From the NCBI GenBank assembly GCA_963761455.1, contig CAVXHA010000003.1:958036-1022035 (forward strand): a DNA stretch of 64,000 bases, written 5' to 3'. The notes under the pieces are model-generated. The model had not been told where the DNA came from, did not search any database, and saw only the letters and a list, made by a program, of their open reading frames with translations. A program made the position numbers and the translations under genes. Shown piece after piece: positions 21,004 through 31,330 of the stretch (positions are counted from its first letter, which is position 1; the number at the start of each line of letters is the position of its first letter). The DNA is from an uncultured Planctomycetota bacterium (GTDB lineage Bacteria > Planctomycetota > Planctomycetia > Planctomycetales > Planctomycetaceae).

Positions 21004-23403
21004 GTGAATTTTAAGGCCGATCTGAGTGGCAACAACCGGACGATCTGACTCCCAGCCAGCGACGGGCCGTCGAACAGACGGAAGGACCCCTGCTTGGTGC
21101 TGGCCGGCCCCGGTTCCGGCAAGACACGGGTCATCACGCGGCGCATCGCCCGCATTATCGAGCAGGGGGTCGATCCGGCCCGCGTCCTGGCGATCACCTT
21201 CACCAACAAGGCGGCCGGCGAAATGGCGGACCGCGTCGCCCGGCTCTTGCCCGGACACGCGGGTCTGGATCAGCACGTTTCACCGCTTCTGCGCCGGCCT
21301 CTTGCGAGCACGGGCGAACGCGGTCGGACTCAGATCGAATTTCACCATCCTCGACGACGATGACCAGCGCCGGATCGTCCGCGGGGTCATCAAGGAGTCT
21401 GCAGTACGACCCGGTCACCTTCCCTCCCGAGCGAATTGCCGAGCGGATCAGCCGCGCGAAGAACGACCTGTTGACCGCCGAGGCATTCCGCCAAGCCCGC
21501 CAGGAGCGGATCGGCGACCTGTTCGATTCGGTCGTCGACGAAAGTCTATCCCGAATATCAGCGTCGCCTGAGGGAATCGAACGCGGTCGACTTTGACGAC
21601 TTGCTGCTGGACGTCGTGCAGATTCTGACCGAGAACCCGGAGATCCGGCACGAGCTCGACGATCGCTTCCGCTACGTGCTCGTCGACGAATACCAGGACA
21701 CGAACCTCGCGCAATACCAGATCATCGCCGGCCTTTCGCACGATTATCCCAACTTGTGCGTGACGGGCGATCCCGATCAATCGATTTACGGCTGGCGTGG
21801 GGCGCGGATCGAAAACATCCTGCGGTTTGAGGCCGACTATCCGCAGGCGGCCGTCATTCGCCTGGAGGAGAATTTCCGCAGCACGAAATCGATCCTGGCG
21901 GCGGCCGACCGCTTGATCGCCCACAACGTCCGCCGCAAAGCGAAGACGATGCGGACCGAGAACCCGGAGGGGGCTCCGGTCGAAGTGCTGCGTTTCGACG
22001 ACGCACAGGCCGAAGCGGAAGGGATTGCGCGGGCGATCCGCGCGGCCGTCGAGCCGGGGCCGATGCGCTGGTGCGACGTCGCCATTTTTTATCGCATCAA
22101 CGCTCTCTCGCGGGAATTCGAAACGGCCCTGACCCGCCACCGCATTCCCTATCAAGATCGCCGGCGGGTTCGCGTTTTACGAGCGGTCCGAGGTCAAGGA
22201 CGTGCTGGCCTACTTGCGGCTGGTCGCCAATCCCCAGGATCGGCCCGCCTTTCTCCGCGTGGTGAACGTCCCCGTGCGGGGCATCGGCGACAAGAGCCTC
22301 GGAACGGCTCGTCGCCTGGGCCGAGGCGAACCGGCTGACGCTGCTCGAGGCGGCCGCCCGGGCCGACCGAATGTCCCGCAATTGCCGCGGCGGGCCGTCC
22401 AAGCGCTCGACGAGATTTGCCCGCCTGATCGCCGAGTTCAGCGACGCGCGGCTCGAATCGGTCCGCATGCTGCTCGAACGGATCCTCGACCGCAACGGGC
22501 TATCTGCCGTCGCTGAAGGCAAGCAACTCGCCGCAGGACCAGGAGCGATTGGCCAACGTCGAGGAGCTGGTCAACGCGGCCGACCCAATACGACGCCGGC
22601 GCCGACGGGAATCCGACGCTGGAAGGCTTTCTTGGAAACCACGGCCCTCGTCGCCGACGTCGACAGCGTCGACGGAGCGGCCAATCGCGTCACGCTGATG
22701 ACGCTGCATTCGGCCAAGGGGCTCGAGTTTCCCGTCGTCTATATCGTGGGAGTCGAGCAGAACCTCTTGCCGCACGAACGGGCCCTGCGCACCGACGATC
22801 CGGGCGAATACGAAGAGGAACGCCGGCTGCTGTTCGTCGGCATGACCCGGGCCCGCCAGCGGCTCTATCTCACGCGGACGCAGAAACCGCGGCAGTTCGC
22901 GGCCGATCGCTGAGCAGCATTCCCAGCGAGTTCCTGCGGGAAATCGGCGTGTCCGAGACGGTGATCCTGCCGCCCGAACGCTGCCTGGGCGGCCGATGCG
23001 CCGGACGAGGGCGAAGAGCACCCGGGCCCCGATTACGACAACGTCTCGCAGGAGTCGCCGGACGAGGACCAGCACGGCACGAGCGCCACGCCGTGGAAGC
23101 CGCGCACTGGCTTCGCCGACAATCCGTCGAACGTCCGCCCGCCATCGGCGAACGACGCCGATCGGCCTCGCTTGATCACGGGCGCCGATTTGCTGGCCGG
23201 CGCCGCGGCGCGCGCCGGCCGAGCTGCCGCTCGGTTTTGCCTTGGGCATGGCGGTCCGGCATCCCCAATACGGCGTGGGCCGCATCGTCAAAATCGGCGG
23301 ATTCGCCAAGAACCGGACGATCACCGTCGAATTCGACGATGACGGTCGCAGCGAAACGTTCGTCACGGGAAAGAATCCGCTGCAACCCGTCGGCGCCGGA
23401 TAA
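21004..23403 (+). CDS. uvrD: UvrD/PcrA/Rep-family ATP-dependent DNA helicase. About a dozen apparent frameshifts.
   Basis: Motif [15 protein letters not shown], Ia [18 protein letters not shown], motif [75 protein letters not shown], and a C-terminal Tudor-like [19 protein letters not shown]. The pieces alternate among all three plus frames. Stop at 23401-23403. Confidence 0.85.
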
Positions 23404-23406
23404 CTC

Positions 23407-23541
23407 GAAATGACGAATGACGAAGCACGAATGACGAATGACGAAGCTCTAAGCACGGAACAGAGGCAGTCTGTCCGCATTTTCCACTTAGGCATTCGTG
23501 CTTCGTGCTTCCTTCGTCATTCGGTTCGTCATTCGTCATTC
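23407..23541. repeat. REP-like imperfect palindromic element built from GAATGACGAA / CGAAGCACGAA units
   Basis: Left arm aaatgacgaatgacgaagcacgaatgacgaatgacgaagc. Right arm gcattcgtgcttcgtgcttccttcgtcattcggttcgtcattcgtcatt. The outer 16 nt pair perfectly. It is intergenic between uvrD and xerD. The same motif vocabulary recurs at 57381-57573 and 60077-60190. Confidence 0.8.
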
Positions 23542-23566
23542 CCCGACTATCTGATCATGCGCTCGG

Positions 23567-24574
23567 ATGATTCAAGGATGCGCCACGTGCCTCGATCTGT
23601 CAGGATATCTCCATGAGGATTCCGCCGTGCCTCCGCGCAAGCGACCACCAAGTGCCACTCAGTCGGAGACGCATGTTGCGCCCGGGCCGGCCGTCCACTT
23701 GCCCGCCTTTCTCAATTATCTCGAATCTGAATGCGGGATGGCCCGCAACACGCTGGCCGCCTATCGCACCGATTTGTTGCAGTTCTTCGCCTGGTTCGAG
23801 AAGAGCGGCACCCGTTCGCTGTTCAAAGTCGATCTGAAGCTTCTGGCCCGCTACCTCGATCATCTGCACAGCGCAAGCTGGCCTCGTCGTCCGTGGCCCG
23901 GCACCTCGTTTCGCTGAAGATGTTTTTCCGGTATTTTGGTGCTCGACGGCGTGCTGGCCGAAAGCGCGGTCGAGTTGTTGAACTCGCCCAAAATGTGGCA
24001 GCACCTGCCCAAAGTGCTCAGCCCCGAAACGGTCGACCGCATGCTGGCGGCGCCGACTCCCGACGACCGCTATCCGCTCCGCGACCGGGCCGTGTTGTGC
24101 TTTTTGTACGCGACCGGCTGCCGCGCCTCGGAAGCGGCCGGCATGCGGCTGAACGACGTCCACCTCGAGGAGGGCTTTTGCCGCTGCATCGGCAAGGGGA
24201 ACAAGGAACGGATCGTCTCGCTCAACCCGGTGGCGACGGCGGCGATCGAGGCGTATCGTCTCTACGAGCGGCCGCGGCTGCGGGGCGGTCGCGAATCCGA
24301 TCGGCTCTTCGTCTCCCGCCGGGGAACGCCCCTCTCGCGGATCATGATCTGGAACCTGGTGAAAAAATATGCCGCCCGCGTCGGTTCGAGCGCCGACGTC
24401 AGTCCGCACACGCTGCGGCACACGTTCGCCACGCACATGCTGGCCGGCGGCGCCGAAATCCGCGCCCTGCAGGAGATGCTGGGCCACGCCAGCGTGCAGA
24501 CGACGCAGATCTACACGCACGTCGAGCACAGCCGCCTCAAGGCGCTCCACCGGCGGTGCCACCCGCGGGGCTAG
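23567..24574 (+). CDS. xerD: Tyrosine recombinase XerC/XerD type. About 2-3 apparent frameshifts. Start uncertain.
   Basis: N-terminal SAM-like FLNYLESECGMARNTLAAYRTDLLQFF. Catalytic domain with RDRAVLCFLYATGCRASE, HTLRHTFATHML, LGHASVQTTQIYTHV (R..HxxR..H..Y). Confidence 0.85.
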
Positions 24575-24693
24575 GGAGCTGAAGGCTTCCGCCGTCGCGA
24601 GGTGCCTTCGGATCAGTTCGTCCGAGATCCGCGTCACTGGCGGTCTGTCCCGTCAAGATCCAGATAGAGGTATCCCGCCTGTGAGTCATTTCG

Positions 24694-25925
24694 ATGCCCG
24701 TCCGTCTGTCGCCGTCTGATTCTCGCCCTCGTGCCTGCCTCGTCGCCGCGGACCGGCCGCCGCTTTCCGCACAGACTCGCGAGGAATTCGACAGAGCCCG
24801 GCAGCGGATGGTGTCGGAGTTCATCCAGAAGGAGGGGATCAAGAACCCGCGGGTGCTCGCAGGCGATGCGGACCGTGCCCCGGCACGAGTTCGTGCCGCT
24901 GATGCTGCGGCCCAAGGCCTACGTCGATGCGGCCTGGTCGATCGGTTACAAGCAGACGATCTCGCCCCCCTTCGTCGTCGCCTACATGACCGAGGCGCTC
25001 GATCCGCAGCCCACCGACCGCGTGCTCGAGATCGGCACGGGCAGCGGCTATCAGGCGGCCGTCCTGTCGCTGTTGGTGAAAGAGGTCTACTCGATCGAGA
25101 TCGTCGAGCCGCTGGGCAGCGCGGCCGAGCGGCGGCTGAAGCACCTGGGTTACCACAACGTCAAAACGAAGGTCGGCGACGGCTATCTCGGCTGGCCGGA
25201 GCATGCCCCCTTCGACAAGATCATCGTCACCTGCTCGCCCGAAAACGTCCCCAAGCCGCTCGTCGACCAGCTCCGCGAAGGGGGCCGGATGGTCATCCCG
25301 CTGGGCGAGCGGTTTCACCAGGACATTTACTTGCTGGAAAAGAAGGACGGGAAAGCTCGTCCGCAAACACTTGATTCCGACCCTCTTCGTTCCCATGACG
25401 GGCCGCTCGGAAAAAGAGCGGACCGTGAAGCCCGACCCGCTCCATCCACAGATCCATGAACGGCGGCTTCGAGGAGCTCGACGCCGACGGGAACCCTGCC
25501 GTTTGGTATTACCTCCGCCAGATGACGCTCGTCAAAGAGGACGCGCCGGAAGGGAAGTTGTTCGTGCTCGGTTCGAGAACGAGGATCCCGGCCGAATCTC
25601 CCAGGCGCTGCAGGGCATGGCGGTCGACGGGCGGTCGATCGGATCGCTGCACTTTACGCTCAAGGTGCGTGCCGACAGGATCGTCGACGGGCCGGAACCG
25701 TACAACAAAGCCAATTTGCAGGTGACATTTCTTCGACATCAGCCGCCGCCCGATCGGCGACGCGATCGCAGCCCGGCTGGATCGGCACGTTCAATTGGCG
25801 CAGACGCGCCGGAACGCGTTCGCGTCCCCGAAACGGCGCGGGAGGCCATCATTCGCATCGGATTAGGCGGGGCGACGGGCCGGCTGTACGTCGACGCCAT
25901 CAAGATGACGGCCCAGCGGCGATGA
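24694..25925 (+). CDS. pcm: Protein-L-isoaspartate O-methyltransferase with signal-like N-terminus and a C-terminal extension of about 170 aa, copy 1. About 5 apparent frameshifts.
   Basis: [34 protein letters not shown] motif [53 protein letters not shown]. Then a C-terminal ..[39 protein letters not shown]. Confidence 0.8.
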
Positions 25926-25976
25926 GACTTTCCATGTTCGCGGTCCCAAGCCGCGGGCTGTGCAACCGGAACGTCC

Positions 25977-27214
25977 ATGAGAAGGACCGGGGCACGAGTG
26001 CTTCCTTTGACCCTGCTGCCCGCGTTCGGCTGTTGCTATTGGCGGCCGATTCCCGGCTTTCTGCACAGACCCACGAGGAATATGACCGGGCGCGGCAGCG
26101 GATGGTTTCCGAGTTCCTCGAGAAGAGAAGGGATCAAGAACCCGCGCGTGCTGGCGGCGATGCGGCGCGTTCCCCGGCATGAGTTCGTCCCGTCCTCGCA
26201 GCGGAGCGGCCTACGAAGACTCGGGGCTGCTCATCGGGTACAAGCAGACGATTACCTGGCCTTTTGTCGTCGCCTTCATGACCGAAGCCCTCGACCCGCA
26301 GCCGACGGACCGTGTGTTGGAGATCGGCACCGGGACCGGATATCAGGCCGCCGTTTTGTCGCTTTTGGTCGACGAGGTCGATTCGATCGAAATCATTCCT
26401 GCCCTGGGAAAGGCGGCCGAAAAACGGCTCAAGCGCCTGGGATACAAAAACGTCAAAACGAAAATTGGCGACGGTTATCTCGGCTGGCCCGAGAGGGCAC
26501 CCTTCGACAAGATCATCCTCACCTGCTCTCCCGAAAAAATCCCGCAGCCGCTCGTCGACCAGCTCAAAGAGGGGGGACGGATGGTCCTGCCGCTGGGCAG
26601 TCGCTACGAGCAGGCGGTCACGCTCCTCGAAAAGAGAAAGGGGCGGCTCGACCGAAAGGATCTGATGCAGACGTTTTTCGTGCCCATGACGGGCCGCTCG
26701 GACAGAGACCGCACGACAAAGTCCGACCCGCTCAATCCGGAGATCCATAACGGAAGTTTCGAGGAGCGCGAGGCGAACGGAGCGTTCTCCGGCTGGTATT
26801 ACCAACTCCAAATGACGCCCAGTGATCGCGACACGCCCGGGGGCCGTTTCTGCGTCCAATTCGACAACGAAGAACCGAGTCGGCGGTCTCAGGCTCTTCA
26901 GGCGATGGCGGTCGACGGATCGAGAATCGCCTCGCTGCGCTTCCGCCTCAAGTTTCGCGCTGACAAAATTGTGGACGGAGCGCCAGCCTTTTGAAAAGGC
27001 TGGGCTCCAGGTGAGCTTCCACAATTTTCGCCGCCTGATGGGCGATGTGATCGCGGTCCACTGCGTCGGGTCGTCCGACTGGCAGACCGCCAGTGCCGCC
27101 GTGCCGGTTCCGGAGCAAGCCCGCGAGACCGTGATCCGCATTGGATTGAACGGGGCGACGGGCCGTCTTTGGCTCGACGACATCGTGCTCACGCCCGAGC
27201 GGCGCGATCGGTAA
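25977..27214 (+). CDS. pcm: Protein-L-isoaspartate O-methyltransferase paralog with the same architecture, copy 2. About 4 apparent frameshifts.
   Basis: Colinear with copy 1: [84 protein letters not shown], ..WYYQLQMT..SQALQAMAVDG..VIRIGLNGATGRLWLDDIVL. Confidence 0.8.
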
Positions 27215-27220
27215 GACGGC

Positions 27221-27520
27221 TTACCGATGCCAACGACCGCGGTATCCCCACCCGCCGCCCCAGCGGCCTCCGTAGAAGCCGATTCTCGGGCCCACGACGA
27301 CCGGACCTGCCCCCACATACACCGGCGCTGGGGCCGGGTAGTAGGCCGGTGGGGCCGCATAGTAGGCCGGCGGCGGCGCGTAGTAGGCCGGCGGCGCGTA
27401 GACCGGGGCCGGCGCGTAAAGAGGAATCCCGACGCCCACATTGACCCCGACACCAGCCTGAACCGGCGTCGCAAAAGTTCCAACGGTTAACAGACACGCG
27501 AGAGCAACAACGTACTTCAT
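27221..27520 (-). CDS. Small secreted Pro/Ala/Tyr-repeat, Gly/Trp/Arg-tailed protein
   Basis: 99 aa ORF. Signal peptide MKYVVALACLLTVGTFATPVQA, repeats APPAYYAPPPAYYAAPPAYYPAP, tail GGRWGGGWGYRGRWHR. Confidence 0.65.
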   Translation of the reverse strand: MKYVVALACLLTVGTFATPVQAGVGVNVGVGIPLYAPAPVYAPPAYYAPPPAYYAAPPAYYPAPAPVYVGAGPVVVGPRIGFYGGRWGGGWGYRGRWHR

Positions 27521-28384
27521 GGGTCTCTGACTCCTTCGTGGAAGAATTCACGCTCCCCCCGCATTATTGTACATGAGCTTCGAAACGCGGCAAAAAAAAT
27601 TCGCATGTAAGCGGCGTCAAACGGATGTTTGGTCGTAGGAAAGCCGGACTGCGAAAGATGGGGAGAGTTCGCGGACAAGATCAAGTTGGAAGGCGTCGGA
27701 GGGGAACCCTGCCCGCTCTCGCTTAACGGTCATTGATTTCACTGGCAATTTTCAGCGGGCCAGGCGTGGTCGGGCCGTGAGTGTTGAGTGGATCGGGAGT
27801 GGTGGGTGGCCGTCATGTCCTGGCAACTTGGAAAGTGGGAGCGTCTGGGGAGATGCGATTTCCGGGCCGTGTTGGGCTGAGAATGTGTCACCCGTCCGAC
27901 CAACAAACGTCGGGTTTCGCCCGGCAAGCACGGTCCGCTGACAAGGCCCGCACACATTGCGTGCAACCGCGCCGTTCTTGACTCTGGGCCGCGGCGAACC
28001 TGACTCATCCTTCTGGCGGACTCCGGAATATGCAGGCCACGCGACTGATCGATTTGCCGAGCGCCACGGTTTCGGTGATCCGCCGATCCCAAGCCGGCGA
28101 TGAAGCAACGGTGGAGGATAGTGGCACTTGTGACCGAGTTCACGGCAATGGGCGCATGGGTCTCGCAGGGTTCCCAAACGGAACGTGCCGCAATTGACGA
28201 GTCTCTGAAACTTCAGCCATCTTGCGCAACGCGTTTAGCTGTTCGGAATTAGAATAGCGGAGGGCGACGATTCAGATCCTTCGGGGTCGCTCGCTCCCGT
28301 CAACGGACAGTTATTCGGCGTACTTGGGAAGAGAATTGGGTTTTTGAACACGGCCATCAGATCCGTGGCAGCAATCGTCCACGC

Positions 28385-29548
28385 TCAGGCAGAGTCTTTT
28401 GCGAATCGCAAGCTGAACAGTACGGCGATCACGAGGACGGCCCCTCGCACGATGTACTTGATCTCCGGCGCGATCGCCAAAAGCGTCATCGCGTTCAAGA
28501 GTATTGCCATCACCGTCGATCCGAAGAGTGTCCCGAGGACCGTCCCGCGGCCCCCTTTCAGGCTCGCTCCACCAATCACGCAAGCGGCAACGGCGTCAAG
28601 CTCCATCAGCTCGCCGACGCTCACGGTCGACGCCCCCGCGTAAGAGGTCTGCATGAAGCCCGTCAGTGCGACGAGCGCGCCCATCAGCGTGTAGGCCATC
28701 ACAATCAACCTCCGAACCGGAATCCCGCAGAGGGCAGCGGCTTCCGTGTTGCCGCCGACTGCATACAGGTAACGGCCAAACGGGGTTCGCGACACGACTA
28801 CATGAACTGCGAGGGCGACCACACATAGGATCACAAACGCCAGTGGCAACCCGCGGTACTGATTGCAGACAAGCACCACCAGCAGCACGATTTGACTGGC
28901 CGTGAATACTCGCAGAAAGGAGAGCTCGACCGATTCGACGATGTCCCCATCGGCCGCCGCTCGTCTCCGCCGCATCCAGGTCAGCATTGTGAAGCCGACG
29001 GCGAACGCGGCCGCCAGGGCGAGGCCAATACGCGGAGGCAGATAATACGTGGTCAAGAGGGTGAGGACATTGTCTTCGCCACCCGTCGAGATCGGCACCG
29101 TGCTGCTGCGGATCGTCAGCCAGAAGGCGCCCTTGAAGGCGAGCAGCCCGCCGAGCGTCACAATGAACGATTGAATGCCGGTCCTCGCGATCAGCGTCCC
29201 CATGGATGCCCAGATCGCCAGTGCGACGGCGACCGCCGCGAGTAGCGCCAGAGGAGCGGGCCAGCCCGCGCGGAAGATCAGGACCGCCGCCACGCCGCCG
29301 ATCAGGCCGACCCCGGAACCGGCCGACAAATCGATCTGTCCCGGAAGGATCACGACGAGCATGCCGACCGCAAGGACCGCCGTGATCGACAGTTCGATCA
29401 GGAGCATCGATAGATTGCGCGGAGTGAGAAACTCTGGCGATAGGACGGCGAAGCAGACGATCAGCCCGCCGATCAACAGCGGCATCGTGAGATGCCGCTT
29501 GTTGAGCGTCTTTTCTGCCTCCAGTCCTGGCGCGTGCGGTTGACTCAA
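28385..29548 (-). CDS. xylH: Xylose-type sugar ABC transporter permease
   Basis: Intact 387 aa ORF. It is colinear by eye with E. coli XylH (ITAVLAVGMLVVILPGQIDLSAGS.., SFIVTLGGLLAFKG, RYLYAVGGNTEAAALCGIPV, ELDAVAACVIGGASLKGGRG). Confidence 0.85.
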   Translation of the reverse strand: MSQPHAPGLEAEKTLNKRHLTMPLLIGGLIVCFAVLSPEFLTPRNLSMLLIELSITAVLAVGMLVVILPGQIDLSAGSGVGLIGGVAAVLIFRAGWPAPLALLAAVAVALAIWASMGTLIARTGIQSFIVTLGGLLAFKGAFWLTIRSSTVPISTGGEDNVLTLLTTYYLPPRIGLALAAAFAVGFTMLTWMRRRRAAADGDIVESVELSFLRVFTASQIVLLVVLVCNQYRGLPLAFVILCVVALAVHVVVSRTPFGRYLYAVGGNTEAAALCGIPVRRLIVMAYTLMGALVALTGFMQTSYAGASTVSVGELMELDAVAACVIGGASLKGGRGTVLGTLFGSTVMAILLNAMTLLAIAPEIKYIVRGAVLVIAVLFSLRFAKDSA

Positions 29549-30579
29549 CGCAACAACTCTGCCGGATGAAACCCGTCTTTGATCACCGTCTCCGCGAGAT
29601 TGCTGCGATCCACCACGATCACGTTTTCGAGAATGCTCGGGACGTCCTTGACCCCGTTGTTGACCGAATCACGAACGATGAGGACCTGCCGCCGCGCCAA
29701 CGTGACAGCCGCCTCGGCCGCCCGGTTGGCCAGCTTGGCCAGCGGCTTGTAGACCGACATCGCCTGCGTGCCTCGAACGATACGTTGGCAGGCGGCAAGA
29801 TCCGCATCCTGCCCCGTCACGAACACCTTGCCGGCCAGTCCCTCTTCCAACAGGGCTTGAATCGCTCCACCGGCCGTTCCGTCATTCGTCGCCAGGACGG
29901 CCTGGAAGGTCCGCCCCTTGGCGGTGATTGCCGCGCTCACAATTCGTTTGGCGTTCTCGGGCTTCCAGCCGGCGGCGTAGTCCTCGTGCACGACCTCGAT
30001 CGCTCCGCTGGCAATCAGGGGCGCGAGGACGTCGTCCTGACCTTTCTTGAACAGCATTCCCGTATAGTCGGTCTTCGGCCCGTAGATGCGGACGATTCGC
30101 CCTTTGCCGCCGAGTTTGCGGACAAGGAATTCCGCCTGCAGCCGGCCGACGCGCACGTTGTCGAAGCTGAGGTAGAGATCCACGTCGCAACCTGTGATCA
30201 GCCGATCGTAGCAGACGACCGGCACCCCGGCGGCCCGCGCCGCGTCAACCGAGCGGTTCATCGCCGTGGGATCGTGCGCGACCACGACCAACACCTGCAC
30301 CCCCCGGCTGAGCAGCGATTCGATGTCCTGGATTTGCCGGGCCGTATCGCTATTCCCCGATTGAACGAGCACTTCGGCGCCCAACTCTTCGGCGCGGCGG
30401 ACGAATCGTTCGCGGTCCCGCTGCCAGCGCTCCTCCTGCAGCGTCCCGAGCGACAGTCCGATCCGTAGCGGTCCCTCCGGCGAACGTTGCGGATCATTCC
30501 CCGTTCTGTGGCTCAGGAAGACGCCGGTGAGCGCGCTGAGTGCCAACGAAAGGAGTACCAGCCCCGTGCGAACGGTCAT
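29545..30579 (-). CDS. xylF: Xylose-type sugar ABC transporter periplasmic substrate-binding protein
   Basis: Intact 344 aa ORF with signal/TM. XylF-like blocks LSFDNVRVGRLQAEFL, VLATNDGTAGGAIQAL, VTGQDADLAACQRIVRGTQAMSVYKP. There is a 4 nt overlap with the xylH start. Confidence 0.85.
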   Translation of the reverse strand: MTVRTGLVLLSLALSALTGVFLSHRTGNDPQRSPEGPLRIGLSLGTLQEERWQRDRERFVRRAEELGAEVLVQSGNSDTARQIQDIESLLSRGVQVLVVVAHDPTAMNRSVDAARAAGVPVVCYDRLITGCDVDLYLSFDNVRVGRLQAEFLVRKLGGKGRIVRIYGPKTDYTGMLFKKGQDDVLAPLIASGAIEVVHEDYAAGWKPENAKRIVSAAITAKGRTFQAVLATNDGTAGGAIQALLEEGLAGKVFVTGQDADLAACQRIVRGTQAMSVYKPLAKLANRAAEAAVTLARRQVLIVRDSVNNGVKDVPSILENVIVVDRSNLAETVIKDGFHPAELLR

Positions 30580-30654
30580 CGCGAATGGTTCCGTGTAGAA
30601 AAGATGCGGAGAAAAGACGACGTGTTCCCTCTCGACACGACGTTGCCATTCAGC

Positions 30655-31330
30655 TTAGCAGTCTTCGTCGCGCAGCGTGCGTCCCACGGCCCGGACCGGG
30701 GACCCGTCGCGGCCGATGACGGCCAGCGGCAACGCGCAAGAACTCAAAGATGGGGGAGTGGATTTCGTCCAGATTCGTCAAATTTTCGACGATGACGAGC
30801 CCGTTGCCCAAGAGCACCTCGTGTGCGGGATGCGGCGGCCGATCCACCGACGGAAAATCGACGCCGACCAGCACAACGCCCAGGTCGACTAGCCATTGCG
30901 CGCACTCACCGCTGATCACCGGGTGGTCGGTGAAATACCCGGCCTGGCCGAACCGGTGGGACCACCCGGTATTCAGCACGACGCGGCGCGCCTCTTTGAT
31001 CTGGGCCCGCTGCGGTTCAAGGTGGGCCAGCTCGATCGCCGCGTGCGCCGTCCATGCCGCGTGGAAGACGAGGGCCGCCGGCCCCACGCAGACGCTCAGC
31101 GGGACTCGATCGATCGTCTTCCCGTCGTTGAAAAAATGAAACGGCGCGTCCATGTGCGTGCCGCAGTGGATGCTCGTGTTCAGCCGGCTGGAATTGCAAT
31201 GGCGTCGACCGTCGTGGGGAGCGCAGCGGATTGCGTCCAACACCTCGATCTCGACGGGCCCATTGCCCGGAAACGGTGGCGTCTCGGGGCCGAGCGGATG
31301 GCTCAAATCGACGATCGCTTCGCTATTCAT
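30655..31330 (-). CDS. Cyclase-family protein (kynurenine formamidase-like fold). One apparent frameshift near the 3' end.
   Basis: HCGTHMDAPFHF motif, GVDFPSVD. The C-terminal ..LPLAVIGRDGSPVRAVGRTL* is in a second frame (stop 30655-30657). Confidence 0.8.

Noticed and set aside
23410-23616. 68 aa ORF MTNDEARMTNDEALSTEQ.. and possible CRISPR-like repeats
   Set aside because: The ORF is encoded entirely by the REP palindrome. The repeat units are about 10 nt, directly abutting and inverted, with no spacers of CRISPR length, so this is neither a CRISPR array nor a gene.
23567-24574. Tyrosine recombinase as a marker of an integrated mobile element
   Set aside because: The sequence pattern is the housekeeping XerC/XerD type. 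No flanking tRNA, direct repeats, phage genes or transposase genes are nearby.
22500-24637. ORFs 22500..23495 (331 aa) and 23600..24637 (345 aa) on the minus strand
   Set aside because: They are antisense shadows of uvrD and xerD. One of them runs straight through the REP element (peptide ..[14 protein letters not shown]..).
27637-27649. AGGAAAGCCGGAC, resembling the RNase P RNA AGGAAAGUCCGG box
   Set aside because: The match is imperfect. I could not find the other universally conserved RNase P elements (the P4 partner, GUGAAA-type and ACAGAA-type boxes) in the surrounding 400 nt.
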